Notes under the pieces: model-generated
Told to the model about the DNA's origin: nothing
Database searches by the model: none
What the model saw: only the letters and a program-made list of their open reading frames with translations
In this document: piece by piece, positions 10,236 through 19,478 of the stretch
How the letters are laid out: every line of letters starts with the position of its first letter
How positions within the stretch are numbered: position 1 is the stretch's first letter
From: Nitrososphaerota archaeon
GTDB lineage: Archaea; Thermoproteota; EX4484-205; JAAOZP01
Reading direction: 5' to 3'
NCBI GenBank assembly: GCA_011605725.1
Contig: JAAOZP010000019.1
Coordinates: 23,278 to 87,277 of the forward strand
Length of the DNA: 64,000 nucleotides
Position numbers and translations under genes: made by a program

Positions 10236-11474
10236 ATGAAACTAGTGGAAGGCCCTTCAAGCAATTCGGATGCCGGCAGATCTACTGTAGCCCCAGTCGT
10301 AGCGTTTCTAATAGTAGGGATTCTCATCGGCGGGTTGATAGGTTATGCTTTAAGCAGCCTGTTTATCGTAAGCAGGATGGACGAGCTTCAAACCAGGCTT
10401 TCAAACCTTGAAAACCGTGTTTCTGCCCTGCAGCAGGCGCAGAACTCTTCAGGCGCCGTAACGTATGTTTTCGAAGGTAACTTTTCCCTATCGCAGCTTT
10501 ATGAGAAAGCCAGGGATTCGATCGTCCTGATAATGGGCACTGTTGTCAATTATGATATTTTCTACCGTCCCTATTACAGTAGTGTCCAAGGCTCGGGCTT
10601 TGTCTATAAGTTTAGAGACCAGTTTGTGATAGTGACGAACTACCATGTCGTTTATAATGCGCGTGACATAATTGTCAGGTTTAAGAGTGGAAACGCTTAT
10701 CCTGCTGTTGTAAAGGGTGCTGACCCCTATGCTGACCTAGCAGTCCTTTCAGTGAATGCTTCCATCGATGAATTCAAGCCTCTTAAAATCGTAAGCTCGT
10801 CTACACTTAGGGTCGGAGATACTGTAGTGGCCATAGGAAACCCGTATGGGTTAGCGGGATCAATGAGTTCAGGAATAGTGAGTGCTCTCGGCAGGACAAT
10901 CTCTGAAGACATTACGGGAGGATATTCAATAGCGAACTGCATTCAGACAACAGCCCCCATAAACCCAGGCAACTCGGGAGGACCTCTTCTAAATCTTAGA
11001 GGTGAAGTCGTTGGAATAACCACCGCTATAGTGAGTGATTCGCAGGGACTTGGCTTCGCTATCCCCTCCAACACAATACTGCGCGAAATAGAATCCCTAG
11101 TTACGAAGGGATCTTATGATCAGCATCCTTGGCTTGGAGTAACGGGAGTGGACATGACGTACGACATAGCTTCAGCAATGGGTGTGAACGTGACGTACGG
11201 ATGGCTGATCGTGAGTGTTACGGCAAACGGGCCTGCTGCTAAAGCCGGCTTACAGGGTGGAAGCAAGCAAGTGCTGATTAAGGGAAGCAGGATTACAGTG
11301 GGTGGAGACATTATAATAGGGGTAAACGGTACAAGGATTACGAATGGAGACGATCTCCTATCCTTCTTAGAGGAATACACGCTTCCAAATCAGACAATTT
11401 TATTGACAATAGTTAGAAACAATCGAATAATAGATGTTCCCGTTACGCTTGGAGCAAGGCCTCCACTAACATGA
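10236..11474 (+). CDS. htrA: HtrA/DegP-like membrane serine protease with PDZ domain
   Basis: TNYHVV, DLAVL and INPGNSGGPL catalytic triad motifs; C-terminal PDZ; N-terminal TM. Confidence 0.92.
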   Translation: MKLVEGPSSNSDAGRSTVAPVVAFLIVGILIGGLIGYALSSLFIVSRMDELQTRLSNLENRVSALQQAQNSSGAVTYVFEGNFSLSQLYEKARDSIVLIMGTVVNYDIFYRPYYSSVQGSGFVYKFRDQFVIVTNYHVVYNARDIIVRFKSGNAYPAVVKGADPYADLAVLSVNASIDEFKPLKIVSSSTLRVGDTVVAIGNPYGLAGSMSSGIVSALGRTISEDITGGYSIANCIQTTAPINPGNSGGPLLNLRGEVVGITTAIVSDSQGLGFAIPSNTILREIESLVTKGSYDQHPWLGVTGVDMTYDIASAMGVNVTYGWLIVSVTANGPAAKAGLQGGSKQVLIKGSRITVGGDIIIGVNGTRITNGDDLLSFLEEYTLPNQTILLTIVRNNRIIDVPVTLGARPPLT

Positions 11475-11626
11475 TTTAATATAAAAATATAAGGATTTAA
11501 AAAGCAAATCGGAAGTAGTTTTACCGTTAGAGTTAATTAAGCTAGTCCTAAATATTTTCTCCTGACGAATTCCACTCCTTAATTAGTTACCCTTAGCTGC
11601 TGAAGGAAACTAACGCCTTTAAGCTA

Positions 11627-12739
11627 CTAAGGCTTGGTTTTACTCAGGGTTTCTCTATAAACATCTTCTATCTTTTCAACTATTATGTTCCAATCATATT
11701 TCCACACTTCTCTGAATGCGTTTGAAGATATTCTTTCGGAAAGTCCTTTGTCTTCGAGCAGGATTAAGATATCTTTTGCCAACTCCTCTATCCTATTTCT
11801 TTTTATCAACAAGCCTGTTTCCATATGCTTTACTATTTCGCGTGCTCCGCCTTGAGCCGTTGTTACTACTGGAGTTCTAGAAGCCATGGCCTCCAAGAGA
11901 ACAATTCCGAAGGACTCTCCAAAGATGGATGGTAGTACAAAGACGTTGGCCGTTTGATAAAGTTTGACGAGCTCACTCTTACTCAAGCCTTCTCTCAGGA
12001 AAACGTTATTATGAAGACCTGATGTCTTTACCGCTGCTCTTAAAACAGGACTTAGGTAACCGGAGCCCGCTATCGTTAGCTCTACGTCTCTTTTTTCGTT
12101 GACCACTTGCTTCATGGCTTCCAGAAGCAGGTGTAAACCCTTCCTATATACGAGCCTGCCGACGAAAAGCACGCTTTTTCCATCAAATGTCTTAACCTTT
12201 GGAGAGAACTCTTCAACATTTACTCCGTTAGGTATGACACTTACCTCTTTATCTGTGAAATGGGAGATGAAGGTGGCTGCTGCTTTGCTTACAGCTATTA
12301 TTCTGTCAGCATTGTTAATATATTGCTTAAACGGAAACAGCACGAAGGAAGACGGTCTCCAGAGATAGTTGAAATCATAAAGGAACTGTATTGAATGGTT
12401 AGTTAACACAGTCTTTATTCCTAATCTTTTCCCTGCAGATAGAGAAAACAGGGAAATCGGAGAGAAAGCGTGGTGAGCATGTATAATGTCCGGTTTCTCT
12501 TTTCTAAGAGCTCCCTCCAGCTCATCTATATGGGGAATGTCCAGCGTCTGCGAGCTATGGAACAGGGATTTAATCCTCACGACATTTAAACCGTGGGCCT
12601 CATCGTTGAAATCTGCAATTTTAGTGATTATAATTACTTCATGACCTCTCCTCTCTAGTGCTCTCGCTAGGTTTTCTATATGTGTCGTTATGCCGCCTGT
12701 TTTAGGATAAAAGTAGTCGCTGCATAAGGCAATCTTCAA
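11627..12739 (-). CDS. Glycosyltransferase family 4 (PigA/PimA-like)
   Basis: SDYFYPKTGG N-terminus; ESFGIVLLEAMA motif. Confidence 0.9.
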   Translation of the reverse strand: MKIALCSDYFYPKTGGITTHIENLARALERRGHEVIIITKIADFNDEAHGLNVVRIKSLFHSSQTLDIPHIDELEGALRKEKPDIIHAHHAFSPISLFSLSAGKRLGIKTVLTNHSIQFLYDFNYLWRPSSFVLFPFKQYINNADRIIAVSKAAATFISHFTDKEVSVIPNGVNVEEFSPKVKTFDGKSVLFVGRLVYRKGLHLLLEAMKQVVNEKRDVELTIAGSGYLSPVLRAAVKTSGLHNNVFLREGLSKSELVKLYQTANVFVLPSIFGESFGIVLLEAMASRTPVVTTAQGGAREIVKHMETGLLIKRNRIEELAKDILILLEDKGLSERISSNAFREVWKYDWNIIVEKIEDVYRETLSKTKP

Positions 12740-12788
12740 GAGTTTCCACCCGGTTGGAAGATGGTTGTGTTGAATTCTCTAATAAGAA

Positions 12789-12905
12789 TTAAGACGCGCG
12801 CGCTATAGCCATGCCTATGTACGCTCTCCATTCAAGAATCCTAGAATTACGATAGTAGGAGACCAGGCGTGATGCAAAAGAGTTTGAGACAATTTTTGAA
12901 AGCAT
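12789..12905 (-). pseudogene. Orphan N-terminal gene fragment ending at the GCGC palindrome
   Basis: MLSKIVSNSFASRLVSYYRNSRILEWRAYIGMAIARAS*; terminates within the motif at 12795-12805. Confidence 0.4.
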
Positions 12906-12931
12906 TAAAGACACCTTTTTCTAGGCTTGTT

Positions 12932-14293
12932 TTAAGCTTTTAAAGGGAAACATTGAAAGGGGGTTTGGCAGCGTGGTGAGGATCCACCGTCCTCCTCTAT
13001 CTTTAAAACCATCATTCCTGGGCGCAATTCGTTGAGGCCATTGGGGGAAATATTCCTGAGTCTAGAGAAGTTGGATATGCGTATTCTCTTCATGCTGTCC
13101 AAACTGTACGCTGGAATAAATCCTTTTTCCTCCAGGGGTGTCTTGAAGACCATTGTTAGAAGATACTGTCTTATGAAGGACCTTTGAATGGAAGCAAGAT
13201 AATACGTGCTGATTATTCCTGCTGCGATTATTAGGATGGATATTGTTATCGATAATAATGGGTTGGCAGGAGTAGGCTCTTTCCCATCATTCAGTCTCCT
13301 AATAGTCTCAACCCTTTGGTCCAGCCTCGGATGGGTTGAAAGCATGCTTCTTAGAGAAGTCGGGGAAGACAGGAATAGGCCGGTTGCTAAGCGGGTTATA
13401 ATGCCCTCTTTAGGGAATGCGCGGGAGGCTTCGTATATCTTTACGAGTGTCTTTGCCAAAAGCCTCGGCTGCCCCAGGATTCGAGCACCCTCCTCGTCTG
13501 CAAGGATTTCCCTTTCTCTTTGTGCTGTCGCAGACGCAAAGTATGCGAACGGGTTGAAGAAGGATAGTAACGCTAGTGCAACAGATGCTGTCTTAAACAG
13601 GAAATCATTGTTTTTCACGTGAGCCAGCTCATGGGCTGCGACTGCAGCCAGCTCTCTTTCTTCCAGAGTCTTGAGCATGCCTAAGGAGAATATTAGCATC
13701 GTTCTCTCCCCATACCCTATTGTGAAGGCGTTTGGCCTTAAATCCTCCACGAGCCCAATCCTAGGAGGATTAATCCCGAGCCTCCTGGACAATTCTCCAA
13801 CTCTTCTCTGTAAAGACTCGTATTCCTCGGGCTCAAGCTCAACTACGTGGAAAACTCTTTTAGCAGCTCTGCCATTCAAGACTACTGTTGCAAGCAGGTA
13901 GGATACTGATAGTGTCAACCCGGCTGCAAGAAGCATGTTTGCCACAGGGGGGTTGTTAAGCAGCTTAACATGGTTGAAAACTATCTGGGGAGGAAGCGTA
14001 GAAATATGGGGATCTAGACGTAGAGCTGGTGGGGTGTTATGCAGACCGTAGCTTGATATCTTAGCTTCTAAAAACAGCCTCATTATCAGCCAAGAGGAGG
14101 CGAACGGTATGAGTAAAACAGGGATTGTGAGAGGGAACAGGTAGCATAGGCTCTTCACCCTCGCCGTCAGCAGCCGATTATATTTCGCAAGAGCCTTGAC
14201 GCAAATGAATGAAACTGCGAGCAGGATAGTGGAATAGTAGAAGTACGGTTGGAAAAACTGGATAAGAATATAGTTAGGATCTATAGTTAGCAT
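12932..14293 (-). CDS. BlaR1-like M56/M48 membrane zinc metallopeptidase
   Basis: PNAFT, HELAH, REILAD and HP motifs; adjacent to BlaI. Confidence 0.88.
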   Translation of the reverse strand: MLTIDPNYILIQFFQPYFYYSTILLAVSFICVKALAKYNRLLTARVKSLCYLFPLTIPVLLIPFASSWLIMRLFLEAKISSYGLHNTPPALRLDPHISTLPPQIVFNHVKLLNNPPVANMLLAAGLTLSVSYLLATVVLNGRAAKRVFHVVELEPEEYESLQRRVGELSRRLGINPPRIGLVEDLRPNAFTIGYGERTMLIFSLGMLKTLEERELAAVAAHELAHVKNNDFLFKTASVALALLSFFNPFAYFASATAQREREILADEEGARILGQPRLLAKTLVKIYEASRAFPKEGIITRLATGLFLSSPTSLRSMLSTHPRLDQRVETIRRLNDGKEPTPANPLLSITISILIIAAGIISTYYLASIQRSFIRQYLLTMVFKTPLEEKGFIPAYSLDSMKRIRISNFSRLRNISPNGLNELRPGMMVLKIEEDGGSSPRCQTPFQCFPLKA

Positions 14294-14298
14294 TCTCG

Positions 14299-14769
14299 TC
14301 AGCCTCCTTTTCCCTTTAAGGCTTTCTCCAGCTTCTCCTTCAATTCTTTAAACTCTTTTTCATCGGAGGAGAGCCTCTCAACCAAGTAGCTTGCAACTAT
14401 GTCTCCAAAATTCTCCACAAGGCTGTTTAAAACCTCATGGACGGCGGATTTTTTAAAACTGTGTTCTTCAAACTTTGGCCAATACACGTAGAGGACTCCT
14501 CCTCTCCCCTTCTCCATCCGCCTGTCGAGCAGCCCCTTCTCGTAAAGCCTGTCCATCGTCGTCATAACGGTGGTATACGCGATTCTCTTTCTCCGCCTAA
14601 GCTTCTCGTAAACATCCCTAACAGTGAGGGGCTGCTTAGAGCTCCACATAACCTCTATTATGCTTGTCTCTAATGGACCCAGGAAGGCCTGAAGCTCCTT
14701 CCCTTCAATGTTATACTGGGATATTTTTGCGGTTCCTCGACGCATTCTTCTTACTATTGTTCTAAGCAT
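14299..14769 (-). CDS. BlaI/MecI/CopY family transcriptional repressor
   Basis: LGPLETSIIEVMW and AYTTVMTTMDRLYEKGLL motifs. Confidence 0.92.
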   Translation of the reverse strand: MLRTIVRRMRRGTAKISQYNIEGKELQAFLGPLETSIIEVMWSSKQPLTVRDVYEKLRRRKRIAYTTVMTTMDRLYEKGLLDRRMEKGRGGVLYVYWPKFEEHSFKKSAVHEVLNSLVENFGDIVASYLVERLSSDEKEFKELKEKLEKALKGKGG

Positions 14770-14782
14770 GATTATTTAACCA

Positions 14783-14837
14783 TTACTACACTGGGTAGTA
14801 ACGTTTATAAAGGGATGTTACTATCTGTTGTAGTAAC
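14783..14837. promoter_or_regulatory. Divergent promoter with two palindromic BlaI-type operators flanking a TATA box
   Basis: TTACTACACTGGGTAGTAA (14783-14801), TTTATAA (14804-14810), GTTACTATCTGTTGTAGTAAC (14817-14837). Confidence 0.75.
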
Positions 14838-14838
14838 A

Positions 14839-16611
14839 ATGAAAACAGAGGACGTTAGGGGAAAAAGCACCGCCAAGGCTGAAACAAGTATTAGACGCCA
14901 AATTCAGCTTATAACCCTAATAATAATAATGTTAGCGTCCTATCAATTAATCCCTATTTTTGGAGAATCGTATATGATTCTCGGCTCCGTGAAGGATGTT
15001 AACGGTAATCCTTTAAGCAACGTGGCTGTCACGATTTACGACTACTCTGGGGCATTCATAACTAGAATCTGGACGCTTGCCAACGGGGGGTTTGCAATCA
15101 GTCTTGACCGTGGCACATATAGAGTTCAGCTGGAGAAGAAAGGTTATGAGTGTAAAACTATAACTGTCAGTCTAAACAGGCCTTCTGTAGATCTTGGAGA
15201 GCTCATTCTAGACTTTTCGCCAAAGGTTTCAATATCTCAAACCTATTTGAAGGTTGAGTCTTTCTCGGAAGTCAGTATTCCCGTATCAATAGAGAACAGT
15301 GGGTCGGAGGAGGAGACTGTGAGAATCCTAGTTGAAGCTCCAGAAGGATGGGAGGCGGGAGTGTATTCGGGCTCTGTTGAAATATTGAACCTGACGTTGA
15401 GCCGGGGGAGTGTTCAAAACCTTAATTTAAAGATGAAGATTCCATACAACGCGCAGGGATTCTACAATGTGAAAATAATAGTTTTAGGCTCGATAATTCA
15501 AGAGAAAACCGTCTCCCTATATGTTGAGAGGAAGAATCTTCAAATCTTAGCTTCAACCTACCCGGTTGCTCAGGCTCAACCCGGCTCAACAGTGACATTC
15601 GATTTAACACTTAGAAACGTTTTATCAGAAAGGTTGACTGGAGCAATATCTCTAAGTTCTCCAGCTGGCTGGACGGGCACTGTTGTTAAAAGCGACGGCA
15701 CTGTTCTCTATGGCGTCTCATTAGGATCAGGCGAATCAGTTAATATTAAAGTTAAGATAGACGTGCCTTTAGACACTGTTCCTGGAAGTTACGAAGCCAC
15801 TGTTCTCTTTAAAACAAAAGATTTCGACTCAACTTTTCCCCTCACCATAATGGTTGTTAAGGGTTCTCCTAGGTTGAGGCTTCGGACAGACACGCCTTAC
15901 GTTGATGCTTACGCTGGAGGTATTGCTAATTATCCCATAGAGGTTGAAAACACGGGAGATTCAGAGGGGGTTGTAAGCATTAACCTGATAGGTGTTCCCT
16001 CCGGCTATAACTGGATAATGAAGGATTCTTCTGGAAGTGTTATATCTAAGCTTTACGTGAAGGCTGGTGAAACCAAGAAGCTTAACGTGATCATAAGCAT
16101 TCCTCCGTTGGCTGAGCCTGACGTGCTGTCAATAGTTTTGGAAGCCAGTGTGAACGGGTTTGTCGGCAGGCTGAACCTTGGATTGGGAATACTGGGTTGG
16201 TATAGCGTCACGTATGTAACACAGAATTTCTACTGTGAGTCGACAGCCGGCGAGACGATTGTTTTCCAGGTTGAGGTTAAGAACACTGGTTACAGTTCAC
16301 TTTCAAATCTTAAGCTCGACGTGTCCGACATACCAAGCGGGTTCAGCATTAAGGTTGAACCGAGTCTCGTATCGTTGCTTAAGCCTCAGGAAAACGCTGT
16401 TTTCTCGCTTACTATCACGAGTGATGCTGACATAAGCGCTGGCGACTACTACGTTACTTTAAGTCTTAAAGCAGACCAGAGTCAAGCAGCTACCAGAAGC
16501 CTCCATATATATGTTAAGCAGAGGGGAGAGGTTATGCTGATAGGAGCGTTAATCGTGGTTATCATGGTTGGAGCAATGCTCCTGATCTACCGTAGGTATG
16601 GGAGGAGGTGA
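14839..16611 (+). CDS. Surface protein with carboxypeptidase-regulatory-like and NEW3-type Ig domains, C-terminal TM anchor
   Basis: GSVKDVNGNPL and repeated (V/I)xNxG...P.GW beta modules; ATG at 14839 preferred because the ORF-track start lies at the operator. Confidence 0.8.
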   Translation: MKTEDVRGKSTAKAETSIRRQIQLITLIIIMLASYQLIPIFGESYMILGSVKDVNGNPLSNVAVTIYDYSGAFITRIWTLANGGFAISLDRGTYRVQLEKKGYECKTITVSLNRPSVDLGELILDFSPKVSISQTYLKVESFSEVSIPVSIENSGSEEETVRILVEAPEGWEAGVYSGSVEILNLTLSRGSVQNLNLKMKIPYNAQGFYNVKIIVLGSIIQEKTVSLYVERKNLQILASTYPVAQAQPGSTVTFDLTLRNVLSERLTGAISLSSPAGWTGTVVKSDGTVLYGVSLGSGESVNIKVKIDVPLDTVPGSYEATVLFKTKDFDSTFPLTIMVVKGSPRLRLRTDTPYVDAYAGGIANYPIEVENTGDSEGVVSINLIGVPSGYNWIMKDSSGSVISKLYVKAGETKKLNVIISIPPLAEPDVLSIVLEASVNGFVGRLNLGLGILGWYSVTYVTQNFYCESTAGETIVFQVEVKNTGYSSLSNLKLDVSDIPSGFSIKVEPSLVSLLKPQENAVFSLTITSDADISAGDYYVTLSLKADQSQAATRSLHIYVKQRGEVMLIGALIVVIMVGAMLLIYRRYGRR

Positions 16612-16615
16612 GAAC

Positions 16616-17563
16616 ATGAGTCTAGCCGTGGAGACTGAGAAACTGGTTAAGGTTTATGGAAACGGGAAGACCATGGTGAAGGCGCTCGACGGCATCGATA
16701 TGAAGGTGCCTAAGGCAAGCGTCTTTGGATTATTTGGCCCAAACGGCTCTGGAAAGACGACTCTAATATCAATCTTAGTCGGATTATTACTGCCTACGAG
16801 TGGAAGCGCTAAAGTGCTGGGCTTCGACGTTACTAGAGAGTCGGTGGAGATAAGGAGGAGAGTCGGCCTGCTTCCAGAGGGCTTCGGCTTCTATGACCAT
16901 ATGACTGCTCTTGAAAACCTGGTTTTCCTCGCGACTCTTGACGGTGTCCCGTCTAGTCAGAGGGAGAAAAGAGCGTTGGAGGCGCTTGAAGCAGTTGGTT
17001 TGAAAGACAGGGCTGATGCTAAGGTTTCAACCTTCTCGCGTGGCATGAAGCAGAGGTTGGGGGTAGCTCAATCCTTGCTGAAGGATCCTGAGCTTTTAAT
17101 ATTTGACGAGCCGACGGTTGGAATAGACCCGGAGGGAGCTGCTGAATTCAGAAACCTGGTTAGGAAAATGAATAGAGATGGGAAAACAATCCTATTGTCT
17201 ACACACCTCTTGTATGAGGTGGGCATGATATGCACTCATGCTGCAATAATACGTGAAGGAAGACTACTTGTGCAGGGAAGCGTGGATGAACTATACCGGT
17301 CAGTTAGGGAGGCTAAAGGTTTTCGCTACGAGATTCGCGTGAAACCTGGGAGCGATATGCCGTTGCAGGAGATAAGATCTATTCCCAGCGTTATAGAGAT
17401 AGCGCAGAGCGATAACCGTGTAACAGTCTTGTCGAAGAACGACATTGGGAGTATTCTCTTCTCACTGGTAACGAAAAACCCGTATAAGGATATTGTTGAA
17501 TCTTTAACACCTGTAGAGCCATCTTGGGAAGAGATATATCGGTTCTACCAGGAGGGGGGATGA
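16616..17563 (+). CDS. ABC transporter ATP-binding protein
   Basis: GPNGSGKTT, FSRGMKQR and IFDEPT motifs. Confidence 0.93.
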   Translation: MSLAVETEKLVKVYGNGKTMVKALDGIDMKVPKASVFGLFGPNGSGKTTLISILVGLLLPTSGSAKVLGFDVTRESVEIRRRVGLLPEGFGFYDHMTALENLVFLATLDGVPSSQREKRALEALEAVGLKDRADAKVSTFSRGMKQRLGVAQSLLKDPELLIFDEPTVGIDPEGAAEFRNLVRKMNRDGKTILLSTHLLYEVGMICTHAAIIREGRLLVQGSVDELYRSVREAKGFRYEIRVKPGSDMPLQEIRSIPSVIEIAQSDNRVTVLSKNDIGSILFSLVTKNPYKDIVESLTPVEPSWEEIYRFYQEGG

Positions 17564-18543
17564 GAATGTTGAAAAACGCTTTATCAATCGCGCGTAAAGA
17601 GTTCGCTGACGCTGTAACCAGTAAAAGACTCTGGCTTATTGCAGGCATCTTCCTACTGTTTTCAATAGCCAGTACTTATTCAACATCCTTCGGCTTCAGA
17701 ATTGGCGCTCGGCAAACAACTAGGCCGATGGTTCAGATAGCCTCGTCAATAGCTTCAGCAACAGCATACATGGCTCCGTTACTAGGTATAGCGCTCGCCT
17801 TTGACGCCATATCTGGAGAGAGGGAGCGTGGAACCCTTAGGATCCTGCTTTCAAGACCAATATACAGGGAGGATGTGATAAACGGCAAGATAATGTCGGC
17901 GCTCGCTGTAACAGGCTTAACCATAACCATATCCTCCTTAGCAGCGGTATCCGTCTCAATATTGCTGCACAATATTTCAGTGACTGTTGACGACGTATCT
18001 AGGATTGGGCTCTTCATACTTTTCTCAGTAGTTTTCTCGTTCGCGTACTACGCACTCTCGCTCTTCGTCTCAACGTTCTCAAGCAAGTCAAGCCACTCGC
18101 TTGTAATCAGCGTAGGTATATGGATTTTCTTCGCGTTCATATTATCCATAATGAGTAGTTTTATCGCGACCGCCATACTTGGTCCTCCCCCGACTAGGGC
18201 TCTCACTCTTTTTAACATGAGTAGGAGGCAGTTTGGAAACTTCACGACTCCGGGAGGCGCTACACCCCAGGAATTAGAGGAATACTTAAACTATGTTAGA
18301 AAAGTATCGGAGATCTCGGGCACAATACAGGCTTTTTCAATAAATTATCATTATACGCAGATCACGAGTTCGCTTTTCAGCTTTGTTGCAGGGCCTCTTG
18401 GATTTGGACGGGGGGAAATCACGATAGCCAGTATCCCTACAATACTTTCAACACGGTTGATAGACATTATAATACTCATAGTTTTCCCAATAGTTTTCCT
18501 AGTAGCTTCATACATGGTGTTCACAAGAAGACAGGAAAAATAG
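17560..18543 (+). CDS. ABC-2 type (NosY-like) permease
   Basis: IARKEF and DAISGERERGTLRILLSRP motifs; multiple TM segments. Confidence 0.9.
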   Translation: MRMLKNALSIARKEFADAVTSKRLWLIAGIFLLFSIASTYSTSFGFRIGARQTTRPMVQIASSIASATAYMAPLLGIALAFDAISGERERGTLRILLSRPIYREDVINGKIMSALAVTGLTITISSLAAVSVSILLHNISVTVDDVSRIGLFILFSVVFSFAYYALSLFVSTFSSKSSHSLVISVGIWIFFAFILSIMSSFIATAILGPPPTRALTLFNMSRRQFGNFTTPGGATPQELEEYLNYVRKVSEISGTIQAFSINYHYTQITSSLFSFVAGPLGFGRGEITIASIPTILSTRLIDIIILIVFPIVFLVASYMVFTRRQEK

Positions 18544-18566
18544 TTTAAAGTTTCACTTAAACAATA

Positions 18567-19448
18567 TTAAAATGCTTTTTTCTCATACTCCATTATTAAT
18601 GCTCCTGTTCTGCCTGTTAAAGGCAGTTTACTAGCTACAGGGTCTCCATCATAAGTCTTAACATATACTTCTCCGATTGATAACAAGTGGTTAATCATGC
18701 TGGCCAAGTCCAGCGGCCTAGGCTCCAGGTAGAAAGGGTTCAGCTCAACAATTCTTCTCGCCAAGCCTATGCCACACAGTTTCCTAACTATGTGATCGTT
18801 GAAAGTATAGAGGCGATCTCCAACAGTTACTTCATAAGAATACTCGATGACTCCTATAACGCTGCCGCATCTTAAGATCTTATTGTTGGCTCTTAGTTCT
18901 TCAAATGTTTTTTCCATTATCTTAACGGGATAGTGACCGATGTTGACAACCCCGTTTCTCTCTTTAAAACCTATGCTCTCTTTTAAATGGAGCCATTCGC
19001 AGCCACTAGTTATTCCTTGGCTTAAAGAAGCCCTGTTTAACGGGGTTGAAACAATATAGCGGCATCCTTTATAGATGCTTTTAAAACCTGTTTTCTCAAC
19101 AAGTCTCAACGCTGCGATATTCTTCTCCTCAACAAGAAGGTAAACGTGCCTCGTATTCAAACTGTTTAATGCTGCACCCAGCAGTCTCCCGCCGACTCCT
19201 TTACTCCTGAAATCTTTATGGACTAGAAGCCCACCGATATATCCGCAGTCGTAAATATAGCTTAGAGAATAGATGCAGCCAACTGTTTCGCCATCAGCCT
19301 CCGCTACAAATATTTTGAATGATTCCAGTTGGCTCAGTATTTTCACAAGCGGAATGTTTGTTAAGTATGTGAACGGGCTGTCCTTATGCTGCTCGAACAG
19401 CCTGACAACCTTATCTATGTCCCGGCTCTCTTTAACAGCAATATTCAA
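18567..19448 (-). CDS. GNAT family N-acetyltransferase
   Basis: VHKDFRSKGVGGRLL acetyl-CoA motif; N...L.EKTGF. Confidence 0.8.
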   Translation of the reverse strand: MNIAVKESRDIDKVVRLFEQHKDSPFTYLTNIPLVKILSQLESFKIFVAEADGETVGCIYSLSYIYDCGYIGGLLVHKDFRSKGVGGRLLGAALNSLNTRHVYLLVEEKNIAALRLVEKTGFKSIYKGCRYIVSTPLNRASLSQGITSGCEWLHLKESIGFKERNGVVNIGHYPVKIMEKTFEELRANNKILRCGSVIGVIEYSYEVTVGDRLYTFNDHIVRKLCGIGLARRIVELNPFYLEPRPLDLASMINHLLSIGEVYVKTYDGDPVASKLPLTGRTGALIMEYEKKAF

Positions 19449-19478
19449 CGTGGTGCAAACCGTTTAAACACCCGTTTA

